The notes beneath the pieces were generated by a model. That model worked only from the letters and a program-made list of their open reading frames with translations, was not told the DNA's origin and ran no database searches. This document shows, piece by piece, positions 29,132-41,924 of a stretch of 64,000 bases of DNA. The stretch is from positions 1 to 64,000 of the forward strand of contig JBCNUU010000004.1 of assembly GCA_039630545.1 (NCBI GenBank), in the 5' to 3' direction. Both the position numbers and the translations under genes were made by a program. This DNA comes from Endomicrobiia bacterium (lineage in GTDB: Bacteria; Elusimicrobiota; Endomicrobiia; DTEH01). The number at the start of each line of letters is the position of its first letter. Within the stretch, counting starts at the first letter, position 1.

Positions 29132-29383
29132 CTATCTTATTATTGACTGTAAACCACTACGAGATGATATAATAGTTAACGCTATTGTGGTGCACACAAA
29201 AATTATGGCAAGAACTACAGTTACTTTTTTTAAAAACATTGAACCAACAGAAGAAGAAAAAATCTGATCAACTCCTCCTCCAAATATTCCTCCTAAACCA
29301 CCTGTATGTCCAAGTTGAAGTAATATTGTAATTACAAGGAGTATACATACTATTATATGTAGAATATAAAAAATAGTATACAT
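29132..29383 (-). CDS. secG: Preprotein translocase subunit SecG
   Basis: Two TM helices around ILLQ...GGLGGIFGGG; conserved secG-tRNA-Leu context. Confidence 0.92.
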   Translation of the reverse strand: MYTIFYILHIIVCILLVITILLQLGHTGGLGGIFGGGVDQIFSSSVGSMFLKKVTVVLAIIFVCTTIALTIISSRSGLQSIIR

Positions 29384-29401
29384 ACAATTAAACCCTCTTT
29401 T

Positions 29402-30604
29402 TTATTTACTTAATAAAACTTCAATACCAGGCAAAATTTTTCCTTCTAGAAGTTCTAAAGAAGCACCTCCACCTGTAGAGATATGTGAAAATTTACCTTC
29501 TAGATTAAATTTTTTAACAGCAGCTACTGAATCTCCACCACCCACAACGCTAATACATCCTTTAGATGTGGCATCTGCTATAAGCTGTGCAACTTTCTGA
29601 GTACCTCTAGAAAATTTTTCAATTTCAAAAACACCCATTGGACCATTCCAAACAACAGTTTTAGCATTTGATATTATCCCGGAAATTCTAGAAATAGTGT
29701 TTTCACCAATATCTACACCAATATATCCTTCGGGAATATCAACACTGGATATATATTTTGCCTCTGCTGTTTCTTCTATCTTATCAGTAACAACATGATC
29801 AATAGGTAAAAGAATATTAACATTTTTCTTTTCAGCTTTTTTAAGAAGATCTTTTGCTAAATCTAACTTATCTTTTTCCACTAAAGAATTACCAATAGAT
29901 ATTCCTCTTGAAAGCAAAAATGTATAAGCCATCGCTCCTCCTATTATGATGGCGTCAACTTTTTCCAGCAAATTCTCAATTACGCCGATTTTATCTGAAA
30001 CTTTAGCTCCTCCGAGAACAGCCACAAATGGTTTTTCTGGATTGTACAGTATTTTGTTAAAATAATTTATTTCTTTCTCCAGCAAAAACCCACATACCGC
30101 TGGCAAAAATTCTGCTATAGCATGGGTTGAAGTATGTGCTCTATGAACAGAACCAAAAGCATCCTGGACAAAAACTCCATCTTCACCCACCAGAGAAGCT
30201 AGTTCTTTTGCAAATGTTTTATCATCTTGTTCTTCTCTGGGATCAAATCTCACATTTTCTAACAACATAACTTCTCCGTTTTTTAAATTCTTAGCTATTT
30301 GTTTTGTTTTTTCGTCCACCAGACCGTCTGCCATTATTATCGGACGATTTAGTAACTCTTGAAGTCTCTTAGCAACTGGTTTTAACGAATATTTAGGTTC
30401 TGGTTTTCCTTTAGGTCTTCCTAAATGGCTCATAATTATAACAGCGCAATTTTGTTGCAAAAGGTAATTTAAAGTTGGCAAAGATTCTTTTATTCTTGTA
30501 TCGTCTGAGACTTCGCCTTTTTCATTAATAGGAACATTGTAGTCCACTCTTACTAATACTTTTTTATTTTTAATATCAATATCCCTTATTGACTTTTTAT
30601 TCAT
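29402..30604 (-). CDS. pgk: Phosphoglycerate kinase
   Basis: [36 protein letters not shown]; start re-called to ATG 30604. Confidence 0.97.
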   Translation of the reverse strand: MNKKSIRDIDIKNKKVLVRVDYNVPINEKGEVSDDTRIKESLPTLNYLLQQNCAVIIMSHLGRPKGKPEPKYSLKPVAKRLQELLNRPIIMADGLVDEKTKQIAKNLKNGEVMLLENVRFDPREEQDDKTFAKELASLVGEDGVFVQDAFGSVHRAHTSTHAIAEFLPAVCGFLLEKEINYFNKILYNPEKPFVAVLGGAKVSDKIGVIENLLEKVDAIIIGGAMAYTFLLSRGISIGNSLVEKDKLDLAKDLLKKAEKKNVNILLPIDHVVTDKIEETAEAKYISSVDIPEGYIGVDIGENTISRISGIISNAKTVVWNGPMGVFEIEKFSRGTQKVAQLIADATSKGCISVVGGGDSVAAVKKFNLEGKFSHISTGGGASLELLEGKILPGIEVLLSK

Positions 30605-30637
30605 GGCCAACAGATACCTCCTGATAATTAACTTTCT

Positions 30638-31702
<1,065 letters not shown>

Positions 31703-31780
31703 TTAAGTAAATTTATTTTAAAATTTTAAAAATAAAAATATAAAATTCTAAAAACAAAATCAATCTCACATAAAAAATTT

Positions 31781-32761
31781 TTATAACCAGCCGTTTTGCT
31801 TATACCATAAATAAGTTTCAAAAGCTCCTTTTTGGAATTCAGTATATTTAAAACTTATATATTTTAAAATGTCACCACTAAAACACCTCCAGCAGCTATA
31901 AGAAAGTTCTCTTAATTTATCGGTATTAAAAACAGCCGCTTTTTTAAACAAAACAGATGAAAGTTTTTCATTTAATAATGCATATAAATACGCTATAAAA
32001 TATGGAATCCTAACTAAAAGTATTTTTTTACCTATAATTTTAGAAAGGATATCTCTTAATTCAAAAATACTATAGCATTTTTCTTCAGCAACAAAAAATA
32101 CTTCTGATTTAAATTTATTAAAGTTTTCAAGTATTTTTTTTATAACCTTTATCAGATCTTTAATGTAAGTAAACTGAATGCTAAAATTTTTACTAAAGTA
32201 AGGCAAAATCCCACTTTTTGCCAACTTAAAGTATAAAAACATGTCCTTATCATACGGTCCGTATACCGCTGAAGGTCTAAGTATTATAGTAGTTATTTTA
32301 TCTTTACATCTTAAGACTTCTTTTTCTGCTAATAATTTACTTTTTCCATAAAAAGAAACTGGATTCTCTTCTGATGTTTTGACTGAGGTATAAATTGTTG
32401 ATGGCCCAAATGCCGCTAGAGATGAAATGTAAATTATACCTTTAATATTTTTTCCGTGTTGTAAAATAACATCTACCAGATTTTTTGTACCAACATGATT
32501 TACTTCAAAGTAGGTAGTATTTTTTATACATCTTAACACTGCTGCTGTATGAATAACGATATCAGAATCTTTAATAGGTTCTACTAAGGTTTCTTTAAAT
32601 CTAATATCACCATAATAAACTTTTGTTTTATTTATAACATTACTTATTTTTTCAACATTACTTGTTTTTCTTATCAGTATATTTATTTTATAATCTTCTG
32701 TTAAATATTTTACTAAACTGCTTCCTATAAATCCATTTGCTCCTGTGATTAGAATTTTCAT
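31781..32761 (-). CDS. NAD-dependent epimerase/dehydratase (extended SDR)
   Basis: TGANGFIG, YGKSK, RPSAVYGP. Confidence 0.88.
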   Translation of the reverse strand: MKILITGANGFIGSSLVKYLTEDYKINILIRKTSNVEKISNVINKTKVYYGDIRFKETLVEPIKDSDIVIHTAAVLRCIKNTTYFEVNHVGTKNLVDVILQHGKNIKGIIYISSLAAFGPSTIYTSVKTSEENPVSFYGKSKLLAEKEVLRCKDKITTIILRPSAVYGPYDKDMFLYFKLAKSGILPYFSKNFSIQFTYIKDLIKVIKKILENFNKFKSEVFFVAEEKCYSIFELRDILSKIIGKKILLVRIPYFIAYLYALLNEKLSSVLFKKAAVFNTDKLRELSYSCWRCFSGDILKYISFKYTEFQKGAFETYLWYKQNGWL

Positions 32762-33213
32762 GTTTGATTCTTGATATTAGATATTATTATCTCTATATCA
32801 GACAAATCAAATCCTCGATTTAAAAGAAATCTAATTACTTTCTGCTGATCAAAATTTTTAAATTTATTCTTTACAAATTTTTTAAGAAATTCCATCTGAA
32901 GTTTTTTATAAAAAGAAACATCTATTTCAGAAAGATATTCTTTTTTAATTTCAAATATCTCCTTTAATTCGTAGATAATTAAATCTATACTTTTAGGCTT
33001 ATAAAGATTTTTTTCTATATAATTGACTGCAAATCTTTTATCATCAAGATATAGATTTTTTTTTAATTTTTCTATGACCTGTAAAACTATATTTTCTTTA
33101 AATCCTTTGTCCAAAAGTTTCTTAGTTACTTCATTTTCCGATCTGTCACGTATTTTTAATAATCTACAGCTATACTCATAAGCTTTTTGAAAATCATCTT
33201 CTTTAGTCATCAT
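32758..33213 (-). CDS. recX: Regulatory protein RecX
   Basis: RDRSENEV..KL, YLDDKRFA, FLLNRGF. Confidence 0.82.
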   Translation of the reverse strand: MMTKEDDFQKAYEYSCRLLKIRDRSENEVTKKLLDKGFKENIVLQVIEKLKKNLYLDDKRFAVNYIEKNLYKPKSIDLIIYELKEIFEIKKEYLSEIDVSFYKKLQMEFLKKFVKNKFKNFDQQKVIRFLLNRGFDLSDIEIIISNIKNQT

Positions 33214-34406
33214 GTCTTATACATAGAGTTAATTTCTACATATTTTTTTGAAAGATCTGTTGTATAAAAAGTATAGGCATTATTTTGATTTTTTGTTTTT
33301 TTAAAATCAATAATTATACTGTAGAACTTTTTTTGCATTTCTTTTCTTATATATTTATCAGGTATATGATTTGAGTTCCCATTTTTTACAACTTGATATT
33401 TTCCTATCCATATACTAATTTTGTTTATGTCAAAATCAACACCACTTCTGCCACACACAGACAAAATTCTTCCCCAGTTTGGATCTGCTCCATGAATTGC
33501 TGTTTTAACTAACAGGGAGCTTGAAATTGAATTAAATACAGTAAGTGATTCTTTCAAAGAAAGATTTTTTATAATAAGTTTTATAACTTTTGTAACTCCT
33601 TCTCCATCAAATAATAGTTTTAAAATAATTTTTTCACAGATTTCTTTTATATTTCTTATAAAAGTTTTTATGTTTGCGTATGTTAGATTTATATCTATAA
33701 AACCATTTGACAAAAAAAATATTGTGTCATTAGGAGAAGTATCACCATCTATAGAAAAAGAGTTAAAATCAGGAATTATTATCTTCTTCATAATTTTGGA
33801 CATCAAAGAATACGGAAGTTTAAGATCCGTCAACAAGAAAACTAACATAGTAGCATGCTTGTTGAATTCTAACTTTGGCGCAATCATTCCAGCACCTTTA
33901 GCAAAACATAAAATATTTATTTTTTTACCATCCAAAACAAAAGTTTTATGTATAAATTTGGGTTTGGTGTCTGTAGTCATAATGGATCTTGAAAAACTTA
34001 AGATTGAGTTTTTGTCGTTAGACATGGAATTGATAAGAGTATCTAAATTAAAAATTATTTTATCTGTGGGTAATGGTTCTCCAATTACACCTGTAGATGC
34101 AATCAAGATTTCTTCTTTTTTGAAGTTTAATTTTTTTGCTAAGATACTACAAATTTCTTCAGTATTTTTAATGCCATTTATACCACAAGCAGTATTCGCA
34201 CATCCAGAATTAACTATTATACCTCTTATATGATTTGTTTTTTTTAAGTGATTCTTTGAAACTATAATAGAATTTGATTTAAGTAAATTTTTAGTAAAAG
34301 CAGCAACACATAATGCTGGCTTTTCAGAATAAATAAAACCTAAATCAAAACCATCTTTCTTGATACCTGCTTTTATTCCGCTAAATTTATAACCATTTAT
34401 ATTCAT
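33210..34406 (-). CDS. argJ: Ornithine acetyltransferase/N-acetylglutamate synthase
   Basis: VNSGCAN, STGVIG, IMTTDT, KGAGMI, ATML, DGEG, DPNWGR. Confidence 0.95.
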   Translation of the reverse strand: MNINGYKFSGIKAGIKKDGFDLGFIYSEKPALCVAAFTKNLLKSNSIIVSKNHLKKTNHIRGIIVNSGCANTACGINGIKNTEEICSILAKKLNFKKEEILIASTGVIGEPLPTDKIIFNLDTLINSMSNDKNSILSFSRSIMTTDTKPKFIHKTFVLDGKKINILCFAKGAGMIAPKLEFNKHATMLVFLLTDLKLPYSLMSKIMKKIIIPDFNSFSIDGDTSPNDTIFFLSNGFIDINLTYANIKTFIRNIKEICEKIILKLLFDGEGVTKVIKLIIKNLSLKESLTVFNSISSSLLVKTAIHGADPNWGRILSVCGRSGVDFDINKISIWIGKYQVVKNGNSNHIPDKYIRKEMQKKFYSIIIDFKKTKNQNNAYTFYTTDLSKKYVEINSMYKT

Positions 34407-35461
34407 ATGTTGATTAATCCTTCTGTTTCATCAAAACCAAACATTAAATTCATATTCTGAACAGCTTGACCAACAGCTCCTTTTATTAAGTTATCGATTG
34501 CTACAAAAATTTTAATCCAATCCGAATTATCCTCCTTAGCAAAAGATATTTCACAAAAATTTGTTTTTATCACATTTTTTGTTTGAGGAAGCTTTCCCAA
34601 AGGAAGTATTTTTATAAACGGAGAACTATTATAGTAACTCCTGTACATCTCCTCTAAAGTTTCTAAATCTAAACTTTCAGCAGCTTTTATGTAAATAGTG
34701 GTAAGCATTCCTTGATATTGAGGAACTACATATGGAGTAAATAAAAAATTGATTTCTTTTTTAGAAATCTCTAAAAGTTGTTCTTTAATCTCTGGAATAT
34801 GTCTATGTTTTCCATATACATTATAAGGATAAGTATTATTCCCACCATATCCCTCATACTCTTCTACCAGTTTTTTACCTCCTCCAGAATAACCACTTTT
34901 TGCATCTATTATTATTTCCTTAATATCATAGTTTGAAACGATTGGAGATAATCCTAAAATTGCAGTAGTAGGATAACATCCAGGATTAGCAATAAACTTT
35001 GAAGAAATAATTTTTTGTTTTCTTGCAGGTTCTGCTTCAGGAAGTCCATATACAAATTTTTCAAGCAACTCAGACAATATATGTTTGCATCCATAAAATT
35101 CTTCGTACAACTTTATATTTTTAATCCTGAAATCAGCACTTAAATCAATTATCCCTGGAAGTTTTTCTTCTCCATATAGGTCTAAAAAAACTTTAAGAAA
35201 CTCCATTGAAATTTTATGAGGAAGACATAAAAAAAGTAAATCCACATCGTTATTTGTTATTTCTTTATAAAAATTATTATCTGAGGTAGATAAGAATTTA
35301 GCTTTTTTTAACCCGTAGGCATTTTTAAAATGTTCAAATTCTTGAAAAGAAGCAGAAGAGCTCAACAAATATTCTACTTCTACTTTTGAGTGAAAAGATA
35401 AAATTTTTATAAGTTCTACAGATGTAACCCCAGAAATCCCTACTATTCCTATTTTTTTCAT
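34403..35461 (-). CDS. argC: N-acetyl-gamma-glutamyl-phosphate reductase
   Basis: IDLSADFR, ANPGCYPT, SGYSGGG, HRHIPEI, DNLIKGA. Confidence 0.95.
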   Translation of the reverse strand: MKKIGIVGISGVTSVELIKILSFHSKVEVEYLLSSSASFQEFEHFKNAYGLKKAKFLSTSDNNFYKEITNNDVDLLFLCLPHKISMEFLKVFLDLYGEEKLPGIIDLSADFRIKNIKLYEEFYGCKHILSELLEKFVYGLPEAEPARKQKIISSKFIANPGCYPTTAILGLSPIVSNYDIKEIIIDAKSGYSGGGKKLVEEYEGYGGNNTYPYNVYGKHRHIPEIKEQLLEISKKEINFLFTPYVVPQYQGMLTTIYIKAAESLDLETLEEMYRSYYNSSPFIKILPLGKLPQTKNVIKTNFCEISFAKEDNSDWIKIFVAIDNLIKGAVGQAVQNMNLMFGFDETEGLINI

Positions 35462-35468
35462 TTGAACT

Positions 35469-36155
35469 TCACTCTATATAAAAACTTCCTACTACTTCTC
35501 CTTTAAGTTGAATTTCGTTTAATTTCATATAAAGCTCTTTGAGTTCTCCACGAATGAATTCTTCGAAAATTTTTGTTATTTCTCTACCAATCACACATTT
35601 AGTAGACGAAGGAAAAATTTCAATTAGAATTTCTAATGTTTTTTTAATTCTTTTAGGCGATTCATAAAATACCACTGTAATATCTTTTAAACTTTTTATT
35701 TCATTAAAAATTTTTTTTATTTTCCCGGCTTTTTTAGGAATAAATCCTATGAATAAAACTTTATCCATAGGTAGACCAGAAGCAACCAGCATCGCAACAA
35801 AAGCTGTTGGACCAGGTACAGGTATGACTTTAATATTTTCGTTGATACATTCTTTTATGATAAGAAATCCCGGATCTGAAATTCCAGGCGTACCACTATC
35901 TGAAACTAACGCTACATTGTGAGATTGTTTTATATAGGGAATTATTTCTTTTATTCTTTTTTTTTCTATGTAACTATAATAACTTTTAAGTGGCTTATTT
36001 ATATTATAGTAATCACACAAAATCTTAGTTCTTCTTGTATCTTCACACAATATCAAATCAACAGAATTTAAAACTTTAACAGCTCGATATGTTATATCTT
36101 CCAAATTTCCTATCGGAGTAGAAACTACATATAATGCACCATATTGTTCTTTCAT
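35469..36155 (-). CDS. rsmI: 16S rRNA (cytidine1402-2'-O)-methyltransferase
   Basis: TPIGNLEDIT, CEDTR, SDSGTPGISDPG, YESPKR, REITKIFEE; start re-called to ATG 36155. Confidence 0.94.
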   Translation of the reverse strand: MKEQYGALYVVSTPIGNLEDITYRAVKVLNSVDLILCEDTRRTKILCDYYNINKPLKSYYSYIEKKRIKEIIPYIKQSHNVALVSDSGTPGISDPGFLIIKECINENIKVIPVPGPTAFVAMLVASGLPMDKVLFIGFIPKKAGKIKKIFNEIKSLKDITVVFYESPKRIKKTLEILIEIFPSSTKCVIGREITKIFEEFIRGELKELYMKLNEIQLKGEVVGSFYIE

Positions 36156-36159
36156 TAAT

Positions 36160-37023
36160 CTATTCAATAATTTCTAAAGTGAAATCTATATCCTTGGCAG
36201 AATGAGTTATACTACCTATAGAAACAAAATCTATATCTAAAGAAAGCAATTTTTTTATTTTATCTTCAGTGATTTTACCTGAAACTTCTATTTTAGTATT
36301 TGGAAGTTTTTGTCTTATTATTTTTATTGCTTTTTTGAGTTGTTCGTATTTCATATTATCTAACATGATTATATCTGGTTTTATCTTCAAAGCAAGTTTC
36401 AACTCTTTAAAATTACAACATTCAATCTCAACATCAGTAGTATAATCCAACCTTTGTCTTACACGATAAAGAATCTCCTCTATTGGAAGTTTTTTTAACT
36501 CACACAATCTAATATGATTATCCTTTACAAGAACCATATCGTCAAGACGAAATCTATGATTTTTACCTTTACCACAAACCACAGCATATTTTTCAAGATA
36601 TCTTAACCCTGGATGAGTTTTTCTTGTATCATATATATCAAATTTGCCTTTGGAAAGTTTAACAAATCTATAAGTTAAGGTTGCTATTCCACTTAAATGT
36701 TGTAAAAAATTTAAAGCTACTCTTTCACCGGTAAGAATTGCTCTTGCAGAACCTTTTATCCGTGCTACTTCTTTGTTAGGTTTTACAAAATCACCATCAG
36801 AAACACTTGCACGCCAGTTACATTTTCTATCTAACATTTTAAAAACTTCTTTTACTATTTGAAGACCACAAACTACGCATTTTTCCTTAGCTATAATTTT
36901 TGCTGTAGCTTTTAGTGTAGGAGGAATTATATTTTCTGTAGTAATATCGCCTCTACCTATGTCTTCTTCTAATGCAAGTTTTATAATTGGCAAAAAGTTT
37001 TTTCTGTCAAGTTTTATTTTCAT
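36160..37023 (-). CDS. nadC: Nicotinate-nucleotide pyrophosphorylase (carboxylating)
   Basis: EDIGRGDITT, ERVALN, DTRKT.PG, KDNH, IMLDNM. Confidence 0.95.
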   Translation of the reverse strand: MKIKLDRKNFLPIIKLALEEDIGRGDITTENIIPPTLKATAKIIAKEKCVVCGLQIVKEVFKMLDRKCNWRASVSDGDFVKPNKEVARIKGSARAILTGERVALNFLQHLSGIATLTYRFVKLSKGKFDIYDTRKTHPGLRYLEKYAVVCGKGKNHRFRLDDMVLVKDNHIRLCELKKLPIEEILYRVRQRLDYTTDVEIECCNFKELKLALKIKPDIIMLDNMKYEQLKKAIKIIRQKLPNTKIEVSGKITEDKIKKLLSLDIDFVSIGSITHSAKDIDFTLEIIE

Positions 37024-39010
37024 TCACCAACTTTATTTTCATATCCTTTATCTGTTTTATTCTTTCTCTATACATAATTGCAGTTTCGAAATCAAGGAGT
37101 TCAGCAGATTTTTTCATCTCTTCTTCAAGCATCTTTATTACTTTGTCTATATTCTCTTTTGTAATATATTGAACATCTACATCTTTTATCTCTGGAATAT
37201 GCTTGCTTCTTGCAATATGTTGAAATTCTTCTAATTCTCTTACTGCTTTTACTATACTTTTGGGTGTTATTTTATGTTTCTTGTTATATTCAAGCTGTTT
37301 TTTTCTTCTTCTTTCCATTTCTTTAATAGCTGATTTGATAGAATTTGTAATTTTATCCGCATAAAGTATTATTCTACCATTGATATTCCTTGCTGCTCTT
37401 CCAGCAAGTTGAATCAAGGTTGTCTCATTTCTTAAGAATCCTTCCTTATCGGCATCAAAAATCGCAACTAGAGAAACCTCTGGAAGATCAAGTCCTTCTC
37501 TTAATAAATTTACCCCTACTAATACATCAAATTCTCCTTTTCTTAAGTCTTTTATTATATTTATTCTTGTCAATGCATCTATGTCTGAATGAATATACTT
37601 TACTTTATATTTTTGAGAAATTAAGTACTCTGTTAAATCTTCGGCAGTGCGTTTTGTTAATGTATTCACTAAAACACGCTCTTTGTTTTTAATTACCATA
37701 TTTATTTCTTTTTTAACATCTTCTACTTGCTTTTTAGCAGGACGGACAAAAACTGGAGGATCTACAAGACCTGTGGGCCTTACTATTTGTTCGACTATTC
37801 TATTTTTAGAAATTTGTATTTCCCATTTACCTGGAGTAGCTGAAGAATAAATCACATAGTTTAGCAGTCCTAAAAATTCATCAAACTTTAAAGGTCTGTT
37901 ATCTAAAGCAGATGGTAGTCTAAATCCATAGTCTACCAAGGTTTGTTTTCTTGATCTATCACCTTCATACATACCATAGAGTTGAGGAATACTAACATGC
38001 GATTCATCTATTATGCATAAAAAGTCTTTCGGGAAATAATCAATTAAACATCCTGGACGTTCACCAGGTTTTCTACCAGAAAGATGTCTTGAATAATTCT
38101 CAATACCATGACAAAATCCAGTTGTCTGTAAAAGCTCTAAATCGTTCATCGTGCGTCTATATATCCTTTCTGCTTCAAGTAATTTCCCTTGTGATTTGAA
38201 ATACTCTACTCTTTCTTTAAGTTCTTCTTTAATGTTTTTGAGTGCTTCTTCAAACTTGGGAGGTGTAGTAACAAAATGACTTGCAGGATATATGTAGAAT
38301 TTCTCATGTTCATGTATAACTTCGTTTGTTAAAGGTTTTATTTCCTTTATATACACTACCTCATCGTCTTCAATTTTTATCCTAATAAAATTTTCTAGAT
38401 AAGATGGCCATACATCAATAATGTTACCTTGATATCTGAATTTATTACGAGTAAAATCAATATTATTTCTTTCATACCTAATTTTCACAAGTTCTGAGGT
38501 AAGAAACTCGATTGAAACTCTTTTTCCTACTTCAAGATATACACATAAATTTTTAAAATCTTCTGGAGATCCGATATTATATATACAAGAAACAGAAGCT
38601 ACAACAATCACATCCTCTCTTGAAATTAAACTTGTAGTGGCTTTTAGTCTAAGTCTGTCAATCTGTTCATTAATTGAAGCATCTTTGTCTATATAGGTAT
38701 CTGTCTCTGGAATATAAGCTTCTGGTTGATAATAATCATAATAAGATATAAAATACTCCACAGCATTATGAGGAAAAAATTCTTTAAACTCAGAATAAAG
38801 TTGTGCTGCTAAGGTTTTGTTGTGAGAAATAATTAAAGTTGGTTTGTTAATTTTTGCGATTACATTTGCCAAAGTAAATGTCTTACCAGAACCTGTTACA
38901 CCTAACAATACCTGATGCTTATAACCTTTTTTTATACCTTCTACAAGTTTAGCTATAGCTTTTGGCTGATCTCCAGCAGGTTTAAATTTTGAGAAGAGTC
39001 GAAATTTCAT
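37007..39010 (-). CDS. uvrB: Excinuclease ABC subunit B
   Basis: GVTGSGKT, YYDYYQPEAY, DESH, NLLREGLD, C-terminal UVR domain. Confidence 0.98.
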   Translation of the reverse strand: MKFRLFSKFKPAGDQPKAIAKLVEGIKKGYKHQVLLGVTGSGKTFTLANVIAKINKPTLIISHNKTLAAQLYSEFKEFFPHNAVEYFISYYDYYQPEAYIPETDTYIDKDASINEQIDRLRLKATTSLISREDVIVVASVSCIYNIGSPEDFKNLCVYLEVGKRVSIEFLTSELVKIRYERNNIDFTRNKFRYQGNIIDVWPSYLENFIRIKIEDDEVVYIKEIKPLTNEVIHEHEKFYIYPASHFVTTPPKFEEALKNIKEELKERVEYFKSQGKLLEAERIYRRTMNDLELLQTTGFCHGIENYSRHLSGRKPGERPGCLIDYFPKDFLCIIDESHVSIPQLYGMYEGDRSRKQTLVDYGFRLPSALDNRPLKFDEFLGLLNYVIYSSATPGKWEIQISKNRIVEQIVRPTGLVDPPVFVRPAKKQVEDVKKEINMVIKNKERVLVNTLTKRTAEDLTEYLISQKYKVKYIHSDIDALTRINIIKDLRKGEFDVLVGVNLLREGLDLPEVSLVAIFDADKEGFLRNETTLIQLAGRAARNINGRIILYADKITNSIKSAIKEMERRRKKQLEYNKKHKITPKSIVKAVRELEEFQHIARSKHIPEIKDVDVQYITKENIDKVIKMLEEEMKKSAELLDFETAIMYRERIKQIKDMKIKLVNENKT

Positions 39011-39783
39011 TTTTTAATTTTGAAATTCTTAAAAAATTCTTTTAATGTTTCAAGTTGATTATAATCAGTTATATCAAATGTTAAGGGAGTAATTGAAATA
39101 TAACCATTTTCAACAGAAGAAATATCAGATGAAAAACTTCTTTGAGGTAGGTTTTTAATTAATTTACTTTTTAGCCAATAATAAGGTATTCCAATTGGAT
39201 CTTTTTTTTTGAAAACTATATCTTCGTATTTTCTCTCCCCTAAAGAAGTTATTCTCACATCTTTTGGTATATTTTTGGGGAAGTTTATATTAAGAAAAAA
39301 ATTTTTTTCTTTTGTTTTATATCTAAGAATGTGCTCTACTATCTGTCTAGTAAATTTTGCAACTGAAGAATAATTGCTACCTAAAGTAGAAACAGCTATT
39401 CCAGAAGTATTTAGGAATATCGCCTCTCTTGCAGCAGCAACAGTTCCTGAGTAATTCACATCCTGACCTAAATTTGGACCTTGATTTATACCAGAAACAA
39501 CTATATCTGTCTTAAATTTCTGTAATTCTATAATTCCTAATCTTACACAATCAGCAGGAGTTCCTGTTACTAATTTTATCTTTTGACCATTTATTTTTAC
39601 TTCTTTTATCCTTACGGGACTACACAAAGTAAGAGAGTGACTTACAGCAGACATTTCTTTCTCAGGCACAATGGCACACACATCAGCAATTTTCTTCATT
39701 TCTTTTATTAATGGAAACAATCCATCACTGAATAATCCGTCATCATTAGTAATAAGAATTTTATATTTTTTTTTATTTAGCAT
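39007..39783 (-). CDS. surE: 5'/3'-nucleotidase SurE
   Basis: [29 protein letters not shown]. Confidence 0.95.
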   Translation of the reverse strand: MLNKKKYKILITNDDGLFSDGLFPLIKEMKKIADVCAIVPEKEMSAVSHSLTLCSPVRIKEVKINGQKIKLVTGTPADCVRLGIIELQKFKTDIVVSGINQGPNLGQDVNYSGTVAAAREAIFLNTSGIAVSTLGSNYSSVAKFTRQIVEHILRYKTKEKNFFLNINFPKNIPKDVRITSLGERKYEDIVFKKKDPIGIPYYWLKSKLIKNLPQRSFSSDISSVENGYISITPLTFDITDYNQLETLKEFFKNFKIKK

Positions 39784-41323
39784 AATCCTCCACTCTTACT
39801 TCCCGTATAACCACTATCTTTATCTGCCCGGGATAATCCACTTCGTCTTCTATTTTTTTCGCAATATCCCTTGCTAAAATACTAACTTGTGAATCATTAA
39901 CTTTGTCCGATTCCACCAGTACTCTGAGTTCTCTTCCAGCGTAAATTGCATATGCATTTTCTACTCCTCTAAACGATTTAGCTATTTGTTCTATCTTTTC
40001 TACCCTCTTTATGTAATGTTCTACAGTATCTTGTCTTGCACCCGGTCTTGAAGCCGAAATAGCATCTGCTACTGATAAAATAAATGCTTCTAAACTTTGT
40101 GGTTCTGTAATCCCTTCATGATGTGATAAAATTGCATTTATCATTTTCTCTGATTCTCCATATTTTTTTGCTATATCAGCAGAAATTTGATGATGTGAAC
40201 CCTCAACTTCATGACTTACTGCTTTTCCTATATCATGTAACAATCCTGCTCTTTTACAAAAATTAACATCAGCTCCTAACTCACCAGCAATAGCTCCTGC
40301 AATTATAGCCACCTCTTTTGTATGCTGAAGCTGATTTTGCCCATAAGAAGTTCTAAATTTTAATTTTCCCAAAAGTTTAAGAATTTCGGGATCTAACCCA
40401 AAAATCCCTAACTCTATCGCCACATCTTCTCCTATTTTTTTAACATATTCTTCAAATTCTAACTTTGTTTTATTAACAATATCTTCAATTCTGGCTGGGT
40501 GAATTCTGCTGTCTTGTATAAGCTTTTCCATAGCAATCTTTGCTATTTCACGTCTTACAGGATCAAAAGAAGAAATTACCAACGTTTCCGGTGTATCATC
40601 TACTATTACATCTACACCTGTAAGTTGCTCAAAAACTCTGATATTTCTTCCTTCCCTTCCTATAATTCTCCCTTTCAACTCATCAGGTACAGAAATTATA
40701 GTAGTAGTATTATCAACAGCCACTTCAGAAGCTACTCTTTGCATAGCAGTAACTAATATTTCTTTGGCTTTCTTTTCTGCATTCTCTTTAAATTCATCTT
40801 CATATTTTTTAAGTTTTAAAGCAAATTCATTTTTAACATCTTCTTCTAAACTTTGAAGCAAAATTTTTTTTGCTTCCTCTTGAGTCAAACCAGAAATTTT
40901 TTCAAGGATTTGTCTTTGTTTTTCTTGTTGTTGTAAAAGATGCTTTTTTTCTTCTTCTAATTTCATATATTCCTGTCTTATTTTATTTTCTTTTTCGTAT
41001 AATTCTTTTGTCCTTTTATCTATAATTTCATATTTTCTATCTATAGTTTCTTCTTTACTTCTTAATTTTCTTTCCCATGCAAGAAGTTCCTGTCTGTGTT
41101 CTCTATTGATGCGCTCTAATTCATTTTTTTCTTTTTCTATAATGTATTTTGCTTCTTGCTTTGCTTTCCTTATTTCTTCATCATAAAACTTTTTTGCTTC
41201 TTCTATTATTTTTTTTGCTTGCATCTCTAAAGAATTAAGATTTTTTTTAGCATAAAGGTATCTTAATAAATAACCTAAAACAACTCCTGAAACTAAAAAT
41301 ATAATTACCATTAGCCAGTTCAT
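39773..41323 (-). CDS. rny: Ribonuclease Y
   Basis: N-terminal TM, coiled coil, KH domain ([13 protein letters not shown]), HD domain (LLHDIGK). Confidence 0.97.
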   Translation of the reverse strand: MNWLMVIIFLVSGVVLGYLLRYLYAKKNLNSLEMQAKKIIEEAKKFYDEEIRKAKQEAKYIIEKEKNELERINREHRQELLAWERKLRSKEETIDRKYEIIDKRTKELYEKENKIRQEYMKLEEEKKHLLQQQEKQRQILEKISGLTQEEAKKILLQSLEEDVKNEFALKLKKYEDEFKENAEKKAKEILVTAMQRVASEVAVDNTTTIISVPDELKGRIIGREGRNIRVFEQLTGVDVIVDDTPETLVISSFDPVRREIAKIAMEKLIQDSRIHPARIEDIVNKTKLEFEEYVKKIGEDVAIELGIFGLDPEILKLLGKLKFRTSYGQNQLQHTKEVAIIAGAIAGELGADVNFCKRAGLLHDIGKAVSHEVEGSHHQISADIAKKYGESEKMINAILSHHEGITEPQSLEAFILSVADAISASRPGARQDTVEHYIKRVEKIEQIAKSFRGVENAYAIYAGRELRVLVESDKVNDSQVSILARDIAKKIEDEVDYPGQIKIVVIREVRVEDYAK

Positions 41324-41351
41324 TTTAACAAATCTCCTTTCTTAATAAACT

Positions 41352-41924
41352 CTAAACTTTAATAAAATATGTTTCAGAAATTACATAATCAACATAAGTG
41401 TCAAACTTAGATACTGGCAAACAATCCAATATTTGAAAATCGTAACCAACACCACAACTTAAAGTCTTTGTTTTTTTTAATAGCTTATCATAATAACCTC
41501 CTCCGTACCCCAATCTATATCCTTTTTTATCAAAAGCTATACCTGGAACTAATATAAAATCAATGATTTCAAAAATATTTGGAATCTCACTATGTTGAGT
41601 TTCTTTTGGTTCATAGATACCAAATTTATTTTTAACAAATTCTCCATTATATTTTCTTATCAAAAGTTCCTTTTTTTCAAAATCTACTACAGGAAAAAAG
41701 AAATTTTTGCTTCTGTCATCCATCAATTTTAAGATGTTCACTTCTTTTTTAAAAGGGTAATAAATTAAAACATTTTTTGCTAATTTAAATCTCTCTAATT
41801 TAGCAATATTTTCAATAATTATTTGACTTTTTTTTTCTACTTCTTTCTCAGACAAACTTTCTCTTATTTCTAAAATTTTCTTTCTTAAAATTCGTTTTTT
41901 TTCTGTGATTTCATCTGTCGCCAT
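41352..41924 (-). CDS. 5-formyltetrahydrofolate cyclo-ligase (YgfA/Fau family)
   Basis: FGIYEP, VPGIAFD..GYRLGYGGGYYD. Confidence 0.94.
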   Translation of the reverse strand: MATDEITEKKRILRKKILEIRESLSEKEVEKKSQIIIENIAKLERFKLAKNVLIYYPFKKEVNILKLMDDRSKNFFFPVVDFEKKELLIRKYNGEFVKNKFGIYEPKETQHSEIPNIFEIIDFILVPGIAFDKKGYRLGYGGGYYDKLLKKTKTLSCGVGYDFQILDCLPVSKFDTYVDYVISETYFIKV